Source: a bacterium
GTDB taxonomy: Bacteria > Desulfobacterota > DSWW01
Assembly (NCBI GenBank): GCA_040756235.1
Contig: JBFLZG010000126.1
Coordinates: forward strand, 128,001 to 192,000
Direction: 5' to 3'
Length of the DNA: 64,000 nt
Of this stretch, positions 11,362 through 20,792 are shown piece by piece. The notes beneath the pieces were generated by a model. The model made no database searches, was not told where the DNA came from, and saw nothing but the letters and a program-made list of their open reading frames with translations. The translations under genes were made by a program, and so were the position numbers. Every line of letters starts with the position of its first letter. Positions within the stretch are counted from its first letter, which is position 1.

Positions 11362-12896
11362 TGGAAGAACCCACTTCCAAGAAGGTCATCCGCAACACGC
11401 TCTACAACTACCTGGCCGTCGTGAGCCTCACGGTGGTCCGCTTCGTCTCCATGCCCGTGATCGTTCACGGACTGGGAGACGACCGCTACGGCATCTACGC
11501 GGCGGTGCTGAGCGTGGTGGGATACGTGGGCCTGCTCGATCTCGGGATCGGGCTCTCTCTCACCAAGTTCGTGGCCGAGTACGCGGCCAAGAAGGACGAC
11601 CGGGGGCTGAGCGAGCTCCTCAGCACCGCTCTCATCCTGTACATCGTCCTCGGCCTCGCCGGTGCGGCAGGGCTCGTCGCCTCCAGCGGATTCCTCACCG
11701 AGCGCTTCTTCCGCATACCCCAGGACCTCTGGGGGGAGGCCCGCGGGGTGCTCTGGATCTCGGCGGTCTCCCTGTTCAACGGCCTCACGCTCGGCATCTT
11801 CGGCAACCTGCTCAACGGCCTCCAGCGCCAGGACGTCTCGCGTCTGATCAGCATCGGCAACACGCTCGTCACCTATTCCGGTGCCATCCTTCTCATCCGC
11901 CTCGGCCTGGGGCTGGTCGGATTCGTGCTGTTCTGCGCCGTCGTCGACCTGGCGAGCTTCGTGCTGCAGATGGCCGTGGCCAAACGCATGGTCCCCTCCC
12001 TGCCGTTCTTCCCGCGCCATTTCAACGTCCGCAGGATGCGCGAGATCCTGAATTTTTCGTTCGCCATGCTGGTGAACCAGCTGGCGGTGCGCAACATGGG
12101 AAGTCTGGACAAGCTGATCCTGGGCCTGTTCCTGCCGATCCGCTACGTCACCCTGTACACGGTGGGCTTCACGCTGACGAGCTTCTGCTTCCGGCTCCCG
12201 GCTGCAGCCGTCCTCGCCTCCATGCCCGCGGCCAGCGAGCTGCGCGCGCAACAGCGAGACGAAGCGGTCCAGGAGCTGGTCCTGCGGGGAATCAAGTACA
12301 CGGGCCTCCTGGCCGTGCCGGTGTTCACGCTGGTCGGGGTTCTGGCGCCCCCGCTCGTGCGGCTCTGGATGGGCGAGGGCTATGAACAGAGCGCCCGTGT
12401 CGTCCAGTTGCTGATGGCGGGATATTTCTGGCTGGTCCTTGCGTCTTCCGGGATGAGCGTCATGGTGGGAATCGGCAAACCGTATGTCAACACCTTCTAC
12501 GCCGTCGCGCAGATCGTGCTCTGTACCGGCCTGAGCGTCCTGATGGTGCGCTGGTACGGGCTGCTCGGTGCGGCGGCCGGCTCGGGGACGGCTTATTGTC
12601 TGGGCGGCATCGCCTACCTGGTCCATTCGACCTTCATCTTCGGCCTCTCTCCGGCGCGGCTGGTCAACCGCAAGGTCCTGGGGAAGATCGTGCTGCTGCT
12701 CCTGCCGGGGCTGGCCCTGGCCGCCTTCTGCATACGCCATCCGGCCCAGGGCCTCGGCGGGATCCTGGTCCAGAGCGCGCTCTACGGCCTGATCTACACC
12801 GTTCTCGTGGTCCGGTACCTCGTGGACGACTACGACATGGCCAAGATGGCGGCCGTCATGCCCGCTGTCCGGCACCTCTCCCTGCTCCGGCAATGA
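11361..12896 (+). CDS. Wzx-type polysaccharide flippase (MOP/PST family)
   Basis: 'VIRNTLYN', 'LGDDRYGIY', 'LDLGIG', 'LDKLILG'; about 12-14 TM segments. Confidence 0.87.
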   Translation: MEEPTSKKVIRNTLYNYLAVVSLTVVRFVSMPVIVHGLGDDRYGIYAAVLSVVGYVGLLDLGIGLSLTKFVAEYAAKKDDRGLSELLSTALILYIVLGLAGAAGLVASSGFLTERFFRIPQDLWGEARGVLWISAVSLFNGLTLGIFGNLLNGLQRQDVSRLISIGNTLVTYSGAILLIRLGLGLVGFVLFCAVVDLASFVLQMAVAKRMVPSLPFFPRHFNVRRMREILNFSFAMLVNQLAVRNMGSLDKLILGLFLPIRYVTLYTVGFTLTSFCFRLPAAAVLASMPAASELRAQQRDEAVQELVLRGIKYTGLLAVPVFTLVGVLAPPLVRLWMGEGYEQSARVVQLLMAGYFWLVLASSGMSVMVGIGKPYVNTFYAVAQIVLCTGLSVLMVRWYGLLGAAAGSGTAYCLGGIAYLVHSTFIFGLSPARLVNRKVLGKIVLLLLPGLALAAFCIRHPAQGLGGILVQSALYGLIYTVLVVRYLVDDYDMAKMAAVMPAVRHLSLLRQ

Positions 12897-12903
12897 CCGA
12901 GCG

Positions 12904-12931
12904 CCGGCGGGCTCCTGGCGGAGCCCGCCGG
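12904..12931. repeat. Perfect 12-bp inverted repeat (stem-loop) between flippase and GT4
   Basis: CCGGCGGGCTCC-tggc-GGAGCCCGCCGG; no U-tract follows. Confidence 0.8.
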
Positions 12932-12943
12932 TACGGCGGACCC

Positions 12944-14101
12944 ATGGCGCGAATCGGAGTCGACGCGAGATACCTGGAGAACGATCTCACCGGCCTGGGA
13001 CGGTACTCCTTCAACCTGCTCGCGCACCTGCTGGAGCTGGATCGATCCAACCAGTACCGGGTCTTTCTCCGCAACGACTATCGGGGCCCCCTGCCCCGAT
13101 CGGACAGGGTGAGGTATCTTCCCGTGCCTTACCTTCCCATTTCCCCGGGATCCCTGGTGGGCATGTCCTTGCAGCTCCGTAAGGCCGGGGTCGATCTGTG
13201 GCACGCGCATTTCCCGGTCCTTCCGCTCGCCCACGGCCCGCCTGCGGTGATCACCGTGCACGACCTCCAGCCCCTCAGGGTGCCGGCGCTGGCGGGGCGG
13301 CGGCCTCTGCCCCTGCGCCTGGCCTACCGGGCCTTCTATTCCCTGGTCTATCGACGCTCCGTGCTGCGCTCGCTCGCAGTCATCGCCGTCTCTCAGGCGA
13401 CGAGCCTCGATCTCCAGGCATGCTTCGGCACCCCGCCGGAGAAGATCCGTGTGATCGAAGAGGCCCTGGACCCCCGCTTCGTCGGCTCGGAGGGTGCCGC
13501 GGATCCCCCGGAGCAGGCGAACGGCTCGCCGCAGACCGCTTTGCCGGAACGGTTTCTCCTCTACGTGGGCGCCACCCTGCCCCACAAGAATATCGACACC
13601 ATGCTCCGGGCCTTTGCCAGGGCCCTGAAGCGGCCGGGGGTCGGCGACTGCCACCTGGTCCTGGCGGGGCGCGAGAGCCGTTTCGACCGCGACTGGATGG
13701 CCCTGGCCGAGGAGCTGGGCCTGGAGCGCCGCATCGTCCGTCTCGGCTACGTGCGCCAGGACGGGCTGCCCCGTCTCTACCGGAGGGCTCGCGCCCTCCT
13801 GCACGTGGCGCGCTACGAAGGCTTCGGCTTCCCGCCGCTGGAGGCCCTGCACTGCGGCCTGCCCCCCATCGTGGCCCGCCATGCCTCCCTGCCGGAGGTC
13901 GTGGGCCCCGCGGGCCTGTGGGTGGACCCGGACGACGCGGACGGCATGGCCGAAGCGATCGAGCGGATCCTGGTGGACAACGGCTTGCGGCGGCGTATCC
14001 TGGCCTGCGGGAAACAAGTGCTCGAGCGGTACTCGTGGGGGAGGGCCGCGCGCTCGACCCTCGATCTGTACGAGCAACTCCTGAGGGACTCCTGCGGATG
14101 A
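12944..14101 (+). CDS. GT4 (GT-B) glycosyltransferase
   Basis: 'RIGVDARY', 'TGLGRYS', 'ITVHDL', 'HKN', 'YEGFGFPPLEA'; alternative start 12893. Confidence 0.9.
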   Translation: MARIGVDARYLENDLTGLGRYSFNLLAHLLELDRSNQYRVFLRNDYRGPLPRSDRVRYLPVPYLPISPGSLVGMSLQLRKAGVDLWHAHFPVLPLAHGPPAVITVHDLQPLRVPALAGRRPLPLRLAYRAFYSLVYRRSVLRSLAVIAVSQATSLDLQACFGTPPEKIRVIEEALDPRFVGSEGAADPPEQANGSPQTALPERFLLYVGATLPHKNIDTMLRAFARALKRPGVGDCHLVLAGRESRFDRDWMALAEELGLERRIVRLGYVRQDGLPRLYRRARALLHVARYEGFGFPPLEALHCGLPPIVARHASLPEVVGPAGLWVDPDDADGMAEAIERILVDNGLRRRILACGKQVLERYSWGRAARSTLDLYEQLLRDSCG

Positions 14102-15609
14102 AGACCTGTCTGATCAATCCGCTGTTCGTCGAACCGGCCGGACCCGGCAGGGAGCGCTATTTCGTCCGCTCGGGCAGCCGCTGGCCGTCCAGCTACCTGA
14201 AACCCGCGGGGCGCCGCGGCCGCTACGTCCCGTTCCCGTTCTTCCTGGCTTATGCCGCGGCCCTGCTGGAGCGGGACGGGTTCCCGGTGAAGACCGTGGA
14301 TGCCGTGGGCGGGAACGTCTCCACGGAGGCGCTGCTCCGGCACGTGGCGCGCGCGGAGCCCGATCTCGTCCTGTACGAGACGACGACGCCGACCGTGAAG
14401 CGCGACCTCGAGCTCGCCCGCAAGCTCAAGAGCCTCACCGGGGCCGCCATCGTGCTCTGCGGGACTCATGCCACGACCTACCCCGAGCAGATTCTCGCGC
14501 AGGAAGCGGCCGTGGACCGCATCCTCCTGTACGAGTACGAGCAGACCCTGCTCGAGCTCGTCCGTGCCACGGCAGACGGCCGCGACCCGTCGACCCTGAA
14601 CGGGATCGCGTTGCGCGGCGCAGGCGGGGTCGTGGTGCGCAGGCAGTACCAGCCGATCGAGCCGCTGGACCGGCTCCCTTTTCCGGCCAGACACCTGTTC
14701 CCGACGGCCGAGCAGCCGGACCTGTCCGCGTACTGGGACGGGTTCTGCCAACATCGCCCGGCCGTGCAGATGCACGCCAGCCGGGGCTGCCCCTTCCGGT
14801 GCGATTTCTGCCTGTGGGTTCAGGTCATGTATCGGGACGGCCGCTACCGCATGTTTTCGCCTTCTCGAGTCGTGGACGAGATGGAGGACGCCCAGCGGCG
14901 CCACGGCGCGCGCGAGATCTACTTCGATGACGACGATTTCACGGTCAACAAGCGGCATGTCCTCGAGATCTGCGGCGAGATCCGGGCGCGCAGACTCAGG
15001 ATCCCGTGGTCCTGCATGGGCGATGCCGTCGTGCCGGACGCCGAGATGTTGGACGCCATGGCGGACGCCGGCTGCGTGGGCATGAAGTTCGGGGTGGAGA
15101 GCGCCTCACCCGGCATCCTCGCGCGGCTGGGCAAGCCGGTGGATCTGGACCGGGTGCGGGAAGTGGCCAGCGGCTGCAGCCGGCGGGGGATCAAGACGCA
15201 TGCGACCATCACGTTCGGCCTCTGGGACGAGACCCGGCAGTCCATGGAGGCGAGCCTGCACTTCGTCCAGGACCTGGACGTGGATTCCGTTCAGTTCAGC
15301 GTGACCTCCCCTTTTCCCGGCACCCGCTACTTCGAGGAGATGCAGCGGCTCGGGAGGCTGAAGACGCTCGATTGGGAGCGGTACGACGGCGCGCGCAGCG
15401 CGGTGGTCGAGTTCCCCCATCTCTCGTTCGCCGAGATCCAGCACGCCTGCCGCCGCGCGCCCTCGCGCTGGCTGAGACACAAGCTGGGGGATGCACGATG
15501 GCTGCTGCGGCAGGTGCGCTATCTGCTCCGCATCGTGCGCGGGCAAGGGCTCAGGGGTCTCACGGAACGATTCCGGCGGGCCGCGGACATTCTCATCGGT
15601 GAAAGGTGA
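14098..15609 (+). CDS. Cobalamin-binding radical SAM protein (HpnJ-like/class B methyltransferase-like)
   Basis: ATGA overlap; N-terminal 'RSGSRWP...PFPFFLAYAAA', B12 domain 'GTHAT', 'SRGCPFRCDFC' (CX3CX2C), 'FGVES', 'PFPGT'. Confidence 0.88.
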   Translation: MKTCLINPLFVEPAGPGRERYFVRSGSRWPSSYLKPAGRRGRYVPFPFFLAYAAALLERDGFPVKTVDAVGGNVSTEALLRHVARAEPDLVLYETTTPTVKRDLELARKLKSLTGAAIVLCGTHATTYPEQILAQEAAVDRILLYEYEQTLLELVRATADGRDPSTLNGIALRGAGGVVVRRQYQPIEPLDRLPFPARHLFPTAEQPDLSAYWDGFCQHRPAVQMHASRGCPFRCDFCLWVQVMYRDGRYRMFSPSRVVDEMEDAQRRHGAREIYFDDDDFTVNKRHVLEICGEIRARRLRIPWSCMGDAVVPDAEMLDAMADAGCVGMKFGVESASPGILARLGKPVDLDRVREVASGCSRRGIKTHATITFGLWDETRQSMEASLHFVQDLDVDSVQFSVTSPFPGTRYFEEMQRLGRLKTLDWERYDGARSAVVEFPHLSFAEIQHACRRAPSRWLRHKLGDARWLLRQVRYLLRIVRGQGLRGLTERFRRAADILIGER

Positions 15610-15616
15610 GGAGCCT

Positions 15617-16786
15617 ATGCGCATCCTCATGCTGAATCACAACAGGAAATGGCGGGGGACCTTCTTTCGCGCCTTCCATTTCGCCCGCTGGCTCGTGCGC
15701 GCCGGGCACGCGGTGACACTGGTCACGATCTCCGACGGGAACCGGGTCCGCTTTCGCTCGGAATCGCTCCACGGGGTCACGGTGGTGGAATCGCCGGATC
15801 TCTTCTTCGGCATCGGACGCACCGGATGGGACCCCTACGACGCCTGGCGGCGGATCGGGTTCTTGCGGTCGGTGGGACCTTTCGATCTGGTCCACGCCTT
15901 CGATTGCCGGCCGGTCGTCATTTTTCCGGCCCTGGCGATCGCCCGGGAGATGCGCATTCCGTTCGTCTCGGACTGGGCGGACTGGTGGGGCCGGGGCGGC
16001 ATCATCCAGGAAAGGCCGCGCATCCTGCGCTGGGCCCTGGGCCCGATCGAGACCTTCTTCGAAGAGCATTTCCGCACCCGTGCGGACGGCGTGACGGTCA
16101 CCAGCCGCGCGCTCCAGGACCGGGCGGCGGCCCTCGGGGTGTCCCGCGGCCGCATCCGCTACATCCCTTCCGGTGCGGACACGGAGACGATCCGCCCCAT
16201 GAACAAGCGGGCGTGCAGGAGGCGTCTGGGTCTGCCGGAGGACGGGCCTCTCGTTGAATTCATCGGGTTCATTAACTATGATTTCGACTGCATGCTCCGA
16301 TCGTTTCCCTATGTGCAGAAGCGCTTCCCGGATGCGCGTCTGCTGCTGGTCGGGCAGCCGTCAGCGCTCACCGGGAGGATCTGCAAGGAGCTCGGCATCA
16401 GCGCGGGCATTCAGGAGGTCGGCATCGTTCCGTACGAGAAGCTTGCGCCCTACCTGGCTTGCGCGGACGTGCTGCTGCTGCCTTTCACCGACAAGATCTG
16501 CAACATCGGCCGGGGGCCGATCAAACTGGGAGACTACATGGCCGCGGGCAGGCCGATCGTGACCCAACCGGTCGGAGACCTCCGCTCCCTTTTCGATCTG
16601 GAAGAGCCCATCGGGCTGCTCTGCGGGGACCGGCCGGAGTCGTTCGGGCAGGCCGTCTGCGAGCTCCTGGCAGACCCGGCGCGCGCCGAACGCTACGGAA
16701 GGAACGCGAGGAGACTGGCCGAGGACAGATATTCCTGGGAGATGCTCAGCGGCCGCCTGGAGGCCTTCTACCGGGAGCTCGTCTAG
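15617..16786 (+). CDS. GT4 (GT-B) glycosyltransferase
   Basis: GAGGAG RBS; 'MRILML', 'DWADWW', 'PIKLGDYMAAGRPIV', 'RYSW'. Confidence 0.88.
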   Translation: MRILMLNHNRKWRGTFFRAFHFARWLVRAGHAVTLVTISDGNRVRFRSESLHGVTVVESPDLFFGIGRTGWDPYDAWRRIGFLRSVGPFDLVHAFDCRPVVIFPALAIAREMRIPFVSDWADWWGRGGIIQERPRILRWALGPIETFFEEHFRTRADGVTVTSRALQDRAAALGVSRGRIRYIPSGADTETIRPMNKRACRRRLGLPEDGPLVEFIGFINYDFDCMLRSFPYVQKRFPDARLLLVGQPSALTGRICKELGISAGIQEVGIVPYEKLAPYLACADVLLLPFTDKICNIGRGPIKLGDYMAAGRPIVTQPVGDLRSLFDLEEPIGLLCGDRPESFGQAVCELLADPARAERYGRNARRLAEDRYSWEMLSGRLEAFYRELV

Positions 16787-16807
16787 CCGGCCCGGAAAGA
16801 GTGAGAC

Positions 16808-17923
16808 ATGCGGATTCTGGTCACAGGAGGTGCCGGGTTCATCGGCTCCCATCTCGTCGACGCTCTGGTCGAAAGAGGGCACGAGGTCGTCATCTATGAC
16901 AGCCTCGACCCTCAGGTCCACGGGAACGGAAAGCCGCCGGCCTATCTCAACCGCAACGCCCGCTTCCTCCAGGGCGACGTGCGCGACCATGCGGGGCTGA
17001 AGGCGGCCCTGGAGGGCGCGGAGATCGTCTTCCACGAAGCGAGCGCGGTCGGGGTCGGCCAGTCACAGTATGAAATCGCCCGCTACGTAGGCGTCAACAC
17101 CCTGGGAACCGCCAACCTCCTCGACCTCCTCGCAAACGGGAAGACCCGGGTGCGGAAGCTCATCGTGGCCGCCTCGATGAGCACCTACGGCGAGGGGCTG
17201 TACGGCTGCCGCGAGTGCGGGCCGGTCCGGCCGCCGCTACGGTCGGCGCCGGAGCGCACCCGGGCGGGGTCCTGGGAGCCGGCCTGCCCGGGCTGCGGCC
17301 GGACCGTGGCCCCCCTGCCGACGCCCGAGGCCGCGGCCCTCTATCCGAACTCGATCTACAGCCTGAGCAAGAGGGATCAGGAGGAGATGTGCCTTCTCAT
17401 CGGCGGCACCTACGGCATCCCGGTCGTATCGCTCCGCTACTTCAACGTGTACGGACCTCGCCAGTCGCTGTCGAATCCTTACACGGGTGTCGCCGCCATC
17501 TTCCTGAGCCGCATCAAGAACGACCGCCCTCCCGTCCTGTACGAGGACGGCCTGCAGACGAGGGATTTCGTCTCCGTCCACGATGTCGTCAAGGCCAACC
17601 TTCTCGCCATGGAACGGGACGAGGCGAACGGACAGATCCTGAACGTGGGAACCGGCAGACCGGTCACGATCCGCGCGGTGGCCGAGACCCTGGCGCGCGT
17701 CCTGGGGAAAGCCATCGGGCCGGAAATCACCTTTCGGTTCCGCAAAGGAGACGTGCGCCATTGCTTCGCCGACCCGGCCAGGATCTCGACCGTCCTGGGC
17801 TTCCAGCCCGAAGTCTCCTTTCAGGACGGGGTGAGGGATCTGGTCCATTGGTCCCGCGCCGTCGCAGCAGAAGATCGCTTCGAGCAGGCTCGAGAGGAGC
17901 TCGAGGCCAGGGGCCTGGTGTGA
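16808..17923 (+). CDS. NAD-dependent epimerase with CxxC...CxxC insert (WbiB/dTDP-L-rhamnose 4-epimerase-like)
   Basis: 'TGGAGFIGS', 'DPQVHG', 'VGVGQSQYEI', 'CRECG...CPGCG', 'YSLSK', 'QSLSNPYTGV', 'FRKGDVRHC'. Confidence 0.82.
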   Translation: MRILVTGGAGFIGSHLVDALVERGHEVVIYDSLDPQVHGNGKPPAYLNRNARFLQGDVRDHAGLKAALEGAEIVFHEASAVGVGQSQYEIARYVGVNTLGTANLLDLLANGKTRVRKLIVAASMSTYGEGLYGCRECGPVRPPLRSAPERTRAGSWEPACPGCGRTVAPLPTPEAAALYPNSIYSLSKRDQEEMCLLIGGTYGIPVVSLRYFNVYGPRQSLSNPYTGVAAIFLSRIKNDRPPVLYEDGLQTRDFVSVHDVVKANLLAMERDEANGQILNVGTGRPVTIRAVAETLARVLGKAIGPEITFRFRKGDVRHCFADPARISTVLGFQPEVSFQDGVRDLVHWSRAVAAEDRFEQAREELEARGLV

Positions 17924-18022
17924 GCAGGACCGGCCGGAAAGGGGACATTCCCCCGTTCCGCTCCGCTCCGGCAGCAGGGCGAGCGCACGGTTCGTCGATC
18001 AACCGTCTGGTGAGGGGTGCAG

Positions 18023-19057
18023 ATGAAAGCGCTGATTATCGGTGGCGCCGGTTTCATCGGCTGCAACATCGCAGCCCGGCGGCTTGGGGAGAAGGACCAT
18101 GCCGTCCTGGTCCTGGACAATCTCTCCCGCAAGGGCACGCCGGAGAACCTCCGGTGGCTGAGGACCCTGGGGGAATTCGAGTTCATCCAGGGCGACATCC
18201 GTCGCTGCGAGGACCTGGAGCCGACCTTCCGAGCACACCCGGACATCGATGTCGTGTATCACATGGCGGCCCAGAGCGCCGTCACCATTTCCGTCCGGGA
18301 CCCCCGGGAGGACTTCGAAATCAATGCGCTGGGGACTTTCAACGTGCTCGAGGCGATACGCCGGGGTCCGGCAAGACCGGTGCTGGTGTTCGCTTCGACC
18401 AACAAGGTCTACGGCGGGATGGAGGACGTGGCCGTCGTCGAGGTCCGGAATCGCTACACCTACCGCGATTTTCCGCACGGCATGAGCGAGCAGCGTGCGC
18501 TGGATTTCCACTCTCCCTACGGCTGCTCCAAGGGGGCCGCCGACCAGTACGTGCGGGACTACGCCCGGATCTACGGACTGGAAACCATCATCTTCCGCCA
18601 GTCCTGCATCTACGGGTACCGCCAGTTCGGTCTGGAGGATCAGGGATGGGTCGCCTGGTTCACCATCCAGGCGGTCCTCGATCGTCCGGTGACCATTTTC
18701 GGCGACGGCAAGCAGGTCCGAGACATGCTCTTCATAGAAGATCTCCTGGACGCCTACGACGCGGCGGTGGCCGGGAGAGAAGTAACTCGAGGGAAGATCT
18801 ACAACATCGGAGGCGGGCCGCGGAACCGGATGTCCCTCCACGACCTGATCCTGCATCTGGAGGAGCGGACCGGGCGCAGGATGAAGGTCCGCTATGACGG
18901 TTGGCGGCCGGGCGACCAGCCTGTCTTCCTGTCGAACGTGGAGCTGGCCAAGCGAGATTTCGGGTGGGAGCCGGTCACCCCTCCGGAGACCGGGGTCGGC
19001 AAGCTGTTCGAATGGGTTTCGAAGCATGCATCGCTCTTTCTCGAGATGGGACTTTGA
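18023..19057 (+). CDS. rfbE: CDP-paratose 2-epimerase (CDP-tyvelose epimerase)-like
   Basis: 'DNLSRKG', 'ASTNKVYG', 'HSPYGCSKGAADQYVRDYARIYGL', 'RQSCIYG', 'EDQGWVAWF', 'RPGDQ'. Confidence 0.85.
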   Translation: MKALIIGGAGFIGCNIAARRLGEKDHAVLVLDNLSRKGTPENLRWLRTLGEFEFIQGDIRRCEDLEPTFRAHPDIDVVYHMAAQSAVTISVRDPREDFEINALGTFNVLEAIRRGPARPVLVFASTNKVYGGMEDVAVVEVRNRYTYRDFPHGMSEQRALDFHSPYGCSKGAADQYVRDYARIYGLETIIFRQSCIYGYRQFGLEDQGWVAWFTIQAVLDRPVTIFGDGKQVRDMLFIEDLLDAYDAAVAGREVTRGKIYNIGGGPRNRMSLHDLILHLEERTGRRMKVRYDGWRPGDQPVFLSNVELAKRDFGWEPVTPPETGVGKLFEWVSKHASLFLEMGL

Positions 19058-20792
19058 ACGGGCCGGATGCCGACGGGAGCGGCCGGCCGGAGCGTCCAAG
19101 GCATCGCCGCGGCGCACCTTGTTCCTCTGCATCCTGGCTTGTGCGCTGCAGATGCTGCAGTGCTCCGCGAGCCCGGACGAGAGGACGCAACCCGGGCGTC
19201 CTCGGGCCGGCTCCGCGCCATCCCTGCCGGGGGCCTCGCGCCCGGCCCGCGGCCCGGACACGGCGCGCGCCCCGGACGACGGCTTGCGCGTTCACAAATC
19301 CGTGTTGGCCGGGTCCTGGTACCCTGCCGGCCGGGCCGGGCTCGAACAGGCGGTCCGTGGTCATCTGGCCGCACAACGGGCCGCGGACACCGCTCCGGCG
19401 GACCGGCTGATCGCGCTCGTCGTGCCGCACGCCGGCTACAGGTACTCCGGCGCCACGGCGGCATCCGGCTTCAGCCTCCTCACGCGGACCCGGCACGACA
19501 GGATCATTCTCCTGGGGCCGAGCCACAGCCACTCTTTCAGAGGCCTGTCTCTGGGCGATTACGACTTCTATGAAACACCGCTCGGCCGGGTCCCGGTCGA
19601 CCGGGATGGGCGCGCCCGCATGGCGGGCTGCCCGCTGGTGTCTCCCGATCTCGAGCCGCACGTTCGGGAACATGCGATCGACGTCGAGCTGCCCTTCCTG
19701 CAGGTGGCGCTCAAGGACCGGCCTTTCACCATCCTCCCCTTGCTGGTCGGAGATCTCGAAGAGGAGGACTATGCCGAGCTTGCCGCTGCGCTCGCCGAGC
19801 TTGTTGATGAACGAACCGTGGCTGTGATAAGTTCTGACTTCACTCACTACGGCCCGCGATTCGGGTATGTGCCTTTTCCGCCTGGGGAATCGGTCCCGGA
19901 AGCAGTGCGGTCCCTGGACGCGGAGGCGTGGGAAACCGTGCTGCGATGCGATCGCCGGGCGTTCCTGCGCTTGCGTGCAAGGACGGGCATCACCGTATGC
20001 GGCTACCGAGCCATCGCCGTGCTGCTGGAAATGCTGCCGCAGGGCTGCCGGGGCCGCCTGTTGTCCTACTCGACTTCCGCCGACGTCACCGGCGATCTTG
20101 AGAATACGGTCAGCTATGTCGCTCTCGCTTTTTTCCGGGATTCCTCCCACACGCGGCAGCCGCAGCCGTCGAAGAAAGGGCCGGCGCAGAACATGAGCTC
20201 GACGGAGTCGCCCAGAGGAGCGCCGGATGCGGGCACCGGCCTGTCCCCTTCCGAAAAGGAAACCCTCCTGCGGCTCGCGCGGGACACGCTGGAGAGCTAC
20301 GTGCGCTCCGGCCGCACGCCCGATCCCTTGGCCGCCCCTTACCGGATCACCGACAACCTCAAGCAGAAGCGAGGTGCCTTCGTCACCCTCAAGAAGGGGG
20401 GCGAGCTACGGGGCTGCATCGGCTACATCCAACCGATCGAGCCGGTCTATGCGGCGGTGCAGGAAAATACGATCAACGCCGCCGCGCGGGACTCGCGTTT
20501 CCCGCCGGTCGAGAAAGAGGAGCTCGCATCGCTGCGGATCGAGATCTCGGTCCTCTCTCAGCCGAAACGCATCGCTTCGTACGAGGACATCGCCCTCGGG
20601 ACCCATGGAATCATCCTCAAGAAAGGGCTCCATCAGTCGGTTTTCCTCCCCCAGGTGGCTCCCGAGCAGGGCTGGGACCTGCCGGAGACCCTGCGAAATC
20701 TGTCCCTCAAGGCCGGACTGCCGGCAGATGCCTGGAGACATCGGGAGACGACCTTTTCCATCTTCACCGCCGAGATTCTCGACGAATTTTGA
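19026..20792 (+). CDS. amrB: MEMO1 (AmmeMemoRadiSam protein B) - AMMECR1 (protein A) fusion with possible N-terminal signal/lipoprotein peptide
   Basis: MEMO1 motifs 'AGSWYP', 'VPHAGYRYSG', 'GPSH', 'EHAIDVELPFLQ', 'SSDFTHYG', 'TVCG'; AMMECR1 motifs 'GAFVTL', 'LRGCIG', 'DSRFPPV', 'EISVLS', 'FLPQVA', 'LKAG'. Start uncertain (ATG 19026 or TTG 19119). Confidence 0.88.
   Translation: MHRSFSRWDFERAGCRRERPAGASKASPRRTLFLCILACALQMLQCSASPDERTQPGRPRAGSAPSLPGASRPARGPDTARAPDDGLRVHKSVLAGSWYPAGRAGLEQAVRGHLAAQRAADTAPADRLIALVVPHAGYRYSGATAASGFSLLTRTRHDRIILLGPSHSHSFRGLSLGDYDFYETPLGRVPVDRDGRARMAGCPLVSPDLEPHVREHAIDVELPFLQVALKDRPFTILPLLVGDLEEEDYAELAAALAELVDERTVAVISSDFTHYGPRFGYVPFPPGESVPEAVRSLDAEAWETVLRCDRRAFLRLRARTGITVCGYRAIAVLLEMLPQGCRGRLLSYSTSADVTGDLENTVSYVALAFFRDSSHTRQPQPSKKGPAQNMSSTESPRGAPDAGTGLSPSEKETLLRLARDTLESYVRSGRTPDPLAAPYRITDNLKQKRGAFVTLKKGGELRGCIGYIQPIEPVYAAVQENTINAAARDSRFPPVEKEELASLRIEISVLSQPKRIASYEDIALGTHGIILKKGLHQSVFLPQVAPEQGWDLPETLRNLSLKAGLPADAWRHRETTFSIFTAEILDEF

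Noticed and set aside
13198..14097. Long N-terminal extensions in the ORF track (13198, 3702, 2473, 12596, 21193, 39290, 51440, 53526, 56662, 60319, 36649)
   Set aside because: Low-complexity Arg/Pro/Gly sequence overlapping neighbouring genes or promoters; downstream starts with RBS or stop-start overlap fit the family N-termini.
17935..17960. Imperfect hairpin CGGAAAGGGGA-cat-TCCCCCGTTCCG as REP element or terminator
   Set aside because: Single copy in the window, mismatched stem, no U-tract.
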